64,000 bases of DNA. Source: Vicinamibacteria bacterium (GTDB lineage Bacteria > Acidobacteriota > Vicinamibacteria > Vicinamibacterales > JAENWD01). The first letter of the stretch is position 1; each line of letters opens with the position of its first letter. The stretch is from positions 252,453 to 316,452 of the forward strand of contig CAWHTD010000026.1 in assembly GCA_963832135.1 (NCBI GenBank). The letters run 5' to 3'. The notes under the pieces are model-generated. The model made no database searches. It was not told the DNA's origin and saw nothing but the letters and a program-made list of their open reading frames with translations. Positions 29,513-35,186 of this stretch are shown one piece after another. A program made the translations under genes and the position numbers.

Positions 29513-30922
29513 TCAGATGAGCGCCGCCTGCCCGTCGGTCGGCTCGGCGCAGCAGTACCATGGCTCGGTCAGATATGGCACGCGCGGCGGCAACGACTGC
29601 GCTCCAGGCGTCGATCGGAACTTCCGTTCCATCCCGTCGACATCGGCGAGCGCACCCTGAATCGCGTCGAACGTCTCCAGGCGGCTGACGGCCGTGCGGC
29701 GGGCGAGCGTCGCGACCTTCTGCTGCAGTGCATCAACCCTGGGATCGGGGTGCATCCAGGGGTACGCGAGGGCCAATGGATCGAACGGTCCAACCAGATC
29801 GCGCACCTCGCCGAGGCTTAGCAGGTGCGATCCCGCGGGAATCAACAGCCGGATCGCCCACTGCACCGGGGGGACGTGATCGACGAGATCGAGCTGTTCG
29901 ATCGCATCGAGGAGGTCCGCATAGCCGGTCAGCGTCGTCCAGGGCGTGAACGCCACGAAGGTTGGCACCAGCGGGACCGACGCACCACGCATCAATGCCA
30001 CCGCGCGCTCGAAATCTCCACGGGTGTGGCCCTTGAGGAGCCGCGCCAGCACTGCGTCGTCTACCGACTCCACGGCGGACGTGACGAACGCGCAGCCTGT
30101 GTCTCGCAGAAGCGGCAGGTCGGCAGCATGCTGCAACAGATGCTCGATCTTGATGGTGACGTCGTATGTGATCCCCGGCACCTCGCGCGCCAGGCGTTCG
30201 AGAATGTGCCTCGCGTGCCCGATGCCGTTGAAAAAGTCAGGGTCGCCGAACGTGATGTGCCGCGCGCCCTGCTCCACCTGGGCGCGGATGTCGGCCAGCA
30301 CCACATCTGCGGCGACGATCCGGAACTTGCCGTTGTAGATTGGCACCACCGGACAGTGTCGGCACACGTGCTTGCAGCCGCGGCTGGCCTCTGTGTACCC
30401 GACCACGCGCCGCGTGCCGTCGGGCCACTCGAGCGCCGCGTACTGTTCGAGCGCCGGCAACCCGCTGCGATCGGGCGGGATGAAGGATAGACGCGCGATC
30501 CCCTGACTGCTGTGGAGGCCGGGCTTCGGCCCCGCGTCTGTCTCATCGGCGAGTTGGCGCGCCAGCGCCACGAGATCCGCTTCGAACTCTCCGCCGAGGA
30601 TCGTGCTGGCGCCACGCTCGCGCAGCAGTTCGGCATTCGGCGGGGCATAGAGGCCGTACGCGCAGATGTGGGCCTTTGGATTGAGGTCGCGAACGCGATC
30701 GATGACGGGGAGCGCCAGCCGCGTGGCCGTGTGCATGGGCAGGAACACCGCGACGAGGCCCGCCTCCCGTACGAGCTCTGGATCGAGCCGTGTGCGCGAC
30801 AAATCGGCCATAGACACCTCGAAGCCGTCCCGTCGCAACCACGCGGCCGGCGACGCAATCCCGAACGGCTGGCGCCCCAGCTCATACGTGGAAATCAGCA
30901 GCACGTGCGTGGCGCTGCTCAC
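29513..30922 (-). CDS. B12-binding-domain radical SAM protein with CCAEP C-terminal tail
   Basis: SRGCKHVCRHCP (CxxxCxxC). The tail ..EPWYCCAEPTDGQAALI* is encoded at 29540-29554. GTG 30922 is preferred as the start. The ORF extension to ATG 31060 is repeat-encoded with atypical codons (many CGA/GAA). Confidence 0.85.
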   Translation of the reverse strand: MSSATHVLLISTYELGRQPFGIASPAAWLRRDGFEVSMADLSRTRLDPELVREAGLVAVFLPMHTATRLALPVIDRVRDLNPKAHICAYGLYAPPNAELLRERGASTILGGEFEADLVALARQLADETDAGPKPGLHSSQGIARLSFIPPDRSGLPALEQYAALEWPDGTRRVVGYTEASRGCKHVCRHCPVVPIYNGKFRIVAADVVLADIRAQVEQGARHITFGDPDFFNGIGHARHILERLAREVPGITYDVTIKIEHLLQHAADLPLLRDTGCAFVTSAVESVDDAVLARLLKGHTRGDFERAVALMRGASVPLVPTFVAFTPWTTLTGYADLLDAIEQLDLVDHVPPVQWAIRLLIPAGSHLLSLGEVRDLVGPFDPLALAYPWMHPDPRVDALQQKVATLARRTAVSRLETFDAIQGALADVDGMERKFRSTPGAQSLPPRVPYLTEPWYCCAEPTDGQAALI

Positions 30923-30930
30923 ACGCTCTT

Positions 30931-31065
30931 CGGCGTTCCGTTCCTCGCCGGTCGCTGTCCGCTCGTCGTTACAAATCCGTCGCTCGCCGTCCGTCGCTGC
31001 CCGCTGGTCGCTCTCCGCTCGTCGTTCGTCACCCGTCGTTCGTCGTTCGCCGTTCCCCATTCGGT
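30931..31065. repeat. A-depleted CGTCGTT/CCGCTCG word repeat filling a divergent spacer
   Basis: The + strand uses almost only C/G/T; I count about 6 A in about 130 nt. Repeated words: CCGCTCGTCGTT, CGTCGTTCG. Confidence 0.8.
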
Positions 31066-31077
31066 TATCCTACCCCC

Positions 31078-31962
31078 ATGTCCCTGAAGGAGTACCGCGC
31101 CAAGCGGAACTTCGCCGTGTCGCCCGAGCCGCGCGGCGATGCCCAGCCGAAGCGGAAGCGAGAGCTGTTCTTCTGCGTGCAGAAGCACCTGGCGAGCCAT
31201 CTGCACTACGACTTTCGGCTCGAGCACGAAGGCGTCCTGCTGTCGTGGGCCGTGCCGAAGGGCCCGTCGTTGGATCCGTCCGTCAAACGGCTCGCCATGA
31301 AAGTCGAGGATCATCCCGTCGAGTACGGCAGCTTCGAAGGCGTGATTCCCGAAGGCTATGGCGCCGGCATCGTCATGCTCTGGGATCAGGGCACGTGGGA
31401 GCCGCTCGTGGACGATGTGGGTGCGGCGTTGAAGAAGGGGGATCTCAAGCTGCGGCTCGCGGGCGTGAAGCTGAAAGGATCGTGGGCGCTCGTTCGGACG
31501 GGGGAGGATGGACGCAGCTGGCTCCTCATCAAGCATCGCGACGAGTGGGCCGGCGCGGTCGACATCGCCACGTTCGCACCGCTCAGCGTCAAGAGCGGCG
31601 GCAATCTGACCGATATCGTGGCGTCCGAGGCGCCGGCGCTCTGGCAAAGCAACCGGGCGGCACGAAGCGGCAGCGCCGACTTGTTGAAGATCGTTGAGAA
31701 GGCCGTCGCGCTCGAATCGGAGCAAAACGCTGGCGGCGCCGCACCCGAAAAGCCCACATCGCTCAGCACGTCGAAGGCCGCGGGCACCAAGCCGAAAGCC
31801 GCGCGCGGCGCGGAACGGACGGCGGCGACGAGCTCGAAACCTCGGGCGACCTCGAAAGCTCGGACTACAAAAGCTTCTTCGACAACACGCTCCACACCGC
31901 GTAAGCCAGCCGCCAGCGGTCGTGCCGCGCGATCTCCTGCCGCCAGAAATCGGCCTCGATGA
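31078..31962 (+). CDS. Stand-alone LigD-type 3'-phosphoesterase (PE) domain protein with basic low-complexity tail
   Basis: ..FCVQKHLASHLHYDFRLE..LLSWAVPKGPS..EDHP.EY..FEG.IP..YGAG.. The C-terminal 90 aa are K/R/S/T/A-rich. Confidence 0.8.
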   Translation: MSLKEYRAKRNFAVSPEPRGDAQPKRKRELFFCVQKHLASHLHYDFRLEHEGVLLSWAVPKGPSLDPSVKRLAMKVEDHPVEYGSFEGVIPEGYGAGIVMLWDQGTWEPLVDDVGAALKKGDLKLRLAGVKLKGSWALVRTGEDGRSWLLIKHRDEWAGAVDIATFAPLSVKSGGNLTDIVASEAPALWQSNRAARSGSADLLKIVEKAVALESEQNAGGAAPEKPTSLSTSKAAGTKPKAARGAERTAATSSKPRATSKARTTKASSTTRSTPRKPAASGRAARSPAARNRPR

Positions 31963-32830
31963 CCTCGCAGTTCGCGGGGACATCGCCGAGCGGCAGCGGC
32001 GACTTGTGCTCGGCCTCATAACGAGCCAGCACCTGGTCGGGCGGACGCTTCGTGTTGGCGAGCACGACGTCGACGTCGCGGCCAATCGCCGCTGAGATCT
32101 TGCGCACCTCCTCGCCCGCCGTGAAGCCCGCCATCCCACGTCCTTCGGTAAGCAGATTCGCAATCAGGATGATCGGTCCTCTCACCGACGCCAGGGCCTC
32201 GGGCGCGCCCGCGACGAGCAGCGGCGGCATCAGGCTCGTATAGAAGCTGCCGGGGCCGATGACCACGGCGTCGAACCCCCTGATGGCCTGCGCAACGGCC
32301 GGGTGAATCGTGGGCACCGGCTCGAGCCACACCCGGTCGATGCCGTGACCTTCGCTTTGCGCCGCGTCGACTTCCACCTCTCCCCGCGTGATCGATCCAT
32401 CCGCGTAACTCGCGCAGATCGTCGCGTTTTTCACGCTTACCGGCCACACCCGTCCCTCGCACCCCAGAAGCGTTCGCAACGCATCGACCGCGACGAGAAA
32501 GTCGCCGCTGTACTGCTCCATCATCGAGAGCAGCAGGTTGCCGCCCGTGTGGCCCGAGAGCTTCGCGTGCTCGCTCAGCATCGGCAGCCGTGCGAGCAAC
32601 ACCCGCCGCGCTTCGCCTTCGTTTGGCGAGAGCGCGAGCGCGCATTTCAGGACGTCGCCGGGCGGCAGCACGCCCAGCTCATCGCGGAGCTGGCCGGAGC
32701 TGCCACCGCTATCGAACATCGTGACGATGGCGTGGACGCGCAGCCAGGGATTGCGCTTGAGGCCGCCGAGCAGACTGGGCATCCCCGTGCCGCCGCCGAC
32801 GCAGCCGACGTTGAGCTCTCGAAATCGCAT
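31865..32830 (-). CDS. YvcK/CofD-family (gluconeogenesis factor-like) protein
   Basis: ..VGGGTGMPSLLGGLK..VTMFDSGGSSG.LR..GPGSFYTSL.. Confidence 0.85.
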   Translation of the reverse strand: MRFRELNVGCVGGGTGMPSLLGGLKRNPWLRVHAIVTMFDSGGSSGQLRDELGVLPPGDVLKCALALSPNEGEARRVLLARLPMLSEHAKLSGHTGGNLLLSMMEQYSGDFLVAVDALRTLLGCEGRVWPVSVKNATICASYADGSITRGEVEVDAAQSEGHGIDRVWLEPVPTIHPAVAQAIRGFDAVVIGPGSFYTSLMPPLLVAGAPEALASVRGPIILIANLLTEGRGMAGFTAGEEVRKISAAIGRDVDVVLANTKRPPDQVLARYEAEHKSPLPLGDVPANCEVIEADFWRQEIARHDRWRLAYAVWSVLSKKLL

Positions 32831-32878
32831 CGGGCATCGATTCTACTCGTGACGCGGACCAAAGCCCGCCGCCACCAT

Positions 32879-32934
32879 GTGGTGGCGGCCCTTTAGGGCC
32901 GCGTGTGCGCGGGGCTGAAGCCCCGCCGCCACAG
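32879..32934. repeat. REP/REPIN-like hairpin doublet (B-type, heads-out)
   Basis: GTGGTG + GCGGCCC-TTTA-GGGCCGC (32885-32902) and GCGGGGC-TGAA-GCCCCGC + CGCCACAG (32909-32934). Confidence 0.8.
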
Positions 32935-32945
32935 TCAGGAGCGCA

Positions 32946-33677
32946 ATGGAGCGTATTGCGCGCCAGACGTACAATGGCCGAATGTCGTCTGCCATCGAGA
33001 CGGTCGTCTCGGACCTGCGCGCGATCTTTGCGCTGCGCCTGCACGCGGTCGTGGTGTATGGCCGGCATGCCACCGGGCCGGCTCCAGGCGCACCGGTCCA
33101 CACGCTGGCCCGCGTGACCGAGCTTGGCATGGCCGATCTCGAGGCGTGCGCCAATCGCGCGCGCGGCTGGCAGCGGAACGACATCGCGGTGCCAATCCTC
33201 ATGGCGCAGGACGAATTCGCCCGCGCCCTTGACGCCTTTCCAATGGAGTTCGGCGCGATCCTCGCTGGCTATCGAGTGGTGTTCGGACCCGACCCGTTCG
33301 AGGGCCTGTCGGTCCAGCCCTCGGATCTGCGCCGCGCATGCGAGGTCGAGGCGCGCGGCTATCTGATTCACCTGCGCGAAGGATTCATCGAGAGCGGCGG
33401 TGAGCCGTCGGCCGTCGCCAGGCTCGTCTCGGCGTCGGCGCCGGCGCTCAGAACCCTGATTCTCAATCTCGCGCGGCTCGACGGAATGCCCGAGGCCTCC
33501 GCCTCGGAGTACGCAACCGCGCGTCTCGGCTCGACGCATGGGCGGTCAATTGCCGCCGTCGTGGCGCTGCTCGAGAGCCATATCAGATCGACCGATGCGG
33601 CGCGATCGTTCGCCGACTACCTGGCGGCTGCCGAGGCGCTCGTCGCCTACGTCGACCACTGGACACCGCGAACGTGA
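32946..33677 (+). CDS. Hypothetical protein
   Basis: 243-aa ORF with coding-like codon bias. Its stop overlaps the TPM gene start (GTGA). No family recognised. Confidence 0.5.
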   Translation: MERIARQTYNGRMSSAIETVVSDLRAIFALRLHAVVVYGRHATGPAPGAPVHTLARVTELGMADLEACANRARGWQRNDIAVPILMAQDEFARALDAFPMEFGAILAGYRVVFGPDPFEGLSVQPSDLRRACEVEARGYLIHLREGFIESGGEPSAVARLVSASAPALRTLILNLARLDGMPEASASEYATARLGSTHGRSIAAVVALLESHIRSTDAARSFADYLAAAEALVAYVDHWTPRT

Positions 33678-34489
33678 TCCGACTCCTCCTGGCGCTCGTC
33701 CTCGTCGCGCTTGCTCCGTCCGCGCTTGCCGCCCAGACCGACCCGCCGCGTCTGACCGGCGCGGTGAACGACTTCGCCAACGTACTGGAGCCGGCCTCTC
33801 GGCAGGCCATTGCCGATCTGTCGGCACGCCTCGAGCAGGCTACGGGTGACGTGCTCGTGGTGGCCACGGTCGACACCGTGCAGCCGGGCGATATCCAGGG
33901 CTATGCCGTGAAGATGTTCGAGAACGGCGGACGAGGCATTGGCGCGCGCGGCAAGGAAAACGGCGTGCTGATCCTCCTGGCCGTCAAGGACCGGAAGGTC
34001 CGCGTCGAGGTGGGGTACGGCCTCGAGGAGTTCATCACGGACGGGTTTTCCGGCGAGGTGAGCCGCGAGACGATGGCGCCGCATTTCAGGCAGGGCGAGT
34101 ATGGCGCAGGACTCCAGGCCGGAGCCGAGCAGATCGCCGCGCGGCTGGCGGAGGCGCGCGGGACGAGCATCCCGGGCCTGGCGGTTCGCGAAGCGCCACG
34201 TGCTCGTTCGCGACCCTCGGGAGGATTTCCGATCGGGCTCATCATCTTCCTCTTTTTGTGGATACTCATCTCGCGGCCCTGGCGGCGCCGACGTGGCCGG
34301 ATGTGGGGTGGCGGACCCTGGAGCGGCTGGTCGAGCGGCGTCGGACCCTTCGGCGGCGGCTTCGGCGGAGGGTTTGGCGGAGGCCTCGGCGGAGGCCTCG
34401 GCGGAGGATCGTCTGGCGGCTTCGGCGGCGGATTCGGCGGATTCGGCGGTGGCCGGAGTGGTGGCGGCGGCGGCGGCGCGTCATGGTGA
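33674..34489 (+). CDS. TPM-domain (YgcG-like) protein with TM segment and Gly-rich tail
   Basis: Signal peptide; ..VNDFANVL.......L......TG.....VATV..; TM segment; C-terminal GGGFGGGFGGG repeats. Confidence 0.8.
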   Translation: MIRLLLALVLVALAPSALAAQTDPPRLTGAVNDFANVLEPASRQAIADLSARLEQATGDVLVVATVDTVQPGDIQGYAVKMFENGGRGIGARGKENGVLILLAVKDRKVRVEVGYGLEEFITDGFSGEVSRETMAPHFRQGEYGAGLQAGAEQIAARLAEARGTSIPGLAVREAPRARSRPSGGFPIGLIIFLFLWILISRPWRRRRGRMWGGGPWSGWSSGVGPFGGGFGGGFGGGLGGGLGGGSSGGFGGGFGGFGGGRSGGGGGGASW

Positions 34490-34518
34490 CGCTCGCGAAG
34501 ATACGGTGAGGAGATGGG

Positions 34519-35094
34519 ATGCGGACGAAAGGGACTCGACTCGCCTACGCGGTGATGGTAGGCGCGATGGCGCTCGGCTTGAGCGGGTGCTCGTACAACC
34601 GGTTCGTCAGCCAGGAAGAACAGATCAAGGCACAGTGGGCGCAGGTGGAAAATCAGCTGCAGCGCAGAAACGATCTGATCCCGAACCTGGTGGAAACGGT
34701 GCGAGGCACCGCGAAGCAGGAGCAGGACGTCTACAAGGCCATCGCCGATTCGCGCGCGAAGCTGGCCGGAGCGCAGACGCCTGAACAGAAAATGCAGGCG
34801 GCCAACGAGCAGCAGGCCGCGCTGGCGCGGCTGCTCGTGGTGGTCGAAAACTATCCCGAGCTCAAGTCGAATCAATCCTTCAACCGGTTGATGGACTCGC
34901 TCGAGGGCACCGAGAACCGGATTGCCGTGGAGCGCATGCGGTACAACGAGGTGGTACAGTCGTACAACACGTCGCGGCGTCAGTTTCCGGCGAACGTGAC
35001 GGCGAAGATGTTCGGCTTCAAGGAGTATCCGTTCTTCGAAGCGCCGCCGGAGGCCAAGCGCGTGCCGAAGGTCGAGTTCGCGCCGAAGTCGTAG
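34519..35094 (+). CDS. lemA: LemA family protein
   Basis: ..QW.QVENQLQRRNDLIPNLV..V....E......I...R.... Confidence 0.9.
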   Translation: MRTKGTRLAYAVMVGAMALGLSGCSYNRFVSQEEQIKAQWAQVENQLQRRNDLIPNLVETVRGTAKQEQDVYKAIADSRAKLAGAQTPEQKMQAANEQQAALARLLVVVENYPELKSNQSFNRLMDSLEGTENRIAVERMRYNEVVQSYNTSRRQFPANVTAKMFGFKEYPFFEAPPEAKRVPKVEFAPKS

Positions 35095-35107
35095 CGCTTG
35101 GCAACAT

Positions 35108-35165
35108 TGCAGCACGGCAGGCACTGCAGCACGGCAGGCACTGCAACACGGCAGCACGGCAGCAC
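35108..35165. repeat. 17-nt tandem repeat (TGCAGCACGGCAGGCAC x2 perfect plus variant units)
   Basis: Units at 35108-35124 and 35125-35141 are identical. Degenerate units run to 35165. Lies in the spacer between lemA and the next gene. Confidence 0.85.
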
Positions 35166-35186
35166 TGCTGTTAGAATCCGTCTTCT

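Noticed and set aside
29540-29554. Possible selenocysteine (CUAEP) recoding in the radical SAM tail.
   Set aside because: The DNA reads TGC TGC GCC GAG CCG (Cys-Cys). There is no in-frame TGA, so this is the CCAEP form and no SECIS element needs to be invoked.
30923-31060. 46-aa GERR/DERR-repeat N-terminal extension of the radical SAM protein, or a RiPP-like precursor encoded by the repeat.
   Set aside because: The sequence is the A-depleted word repeat read in frame. Codon usage (frequent CGA, GAA, and T-ending codons) differs from neighbouring genes. A GTG at 30922 gives a normal family N-terminus. The extension is kept only as a caveat.
31865-31962. Convergent 98-nt overlap of LigD-PE and yvcK as evidence of a mis-called gene.
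   Set aside because: Both ORFs have strong family signatures upstream of the overlap. The overlap involves only the low-complexity tail of the PE protein. It is retained as a caveat in the finding, not as grounds to drop either gene.
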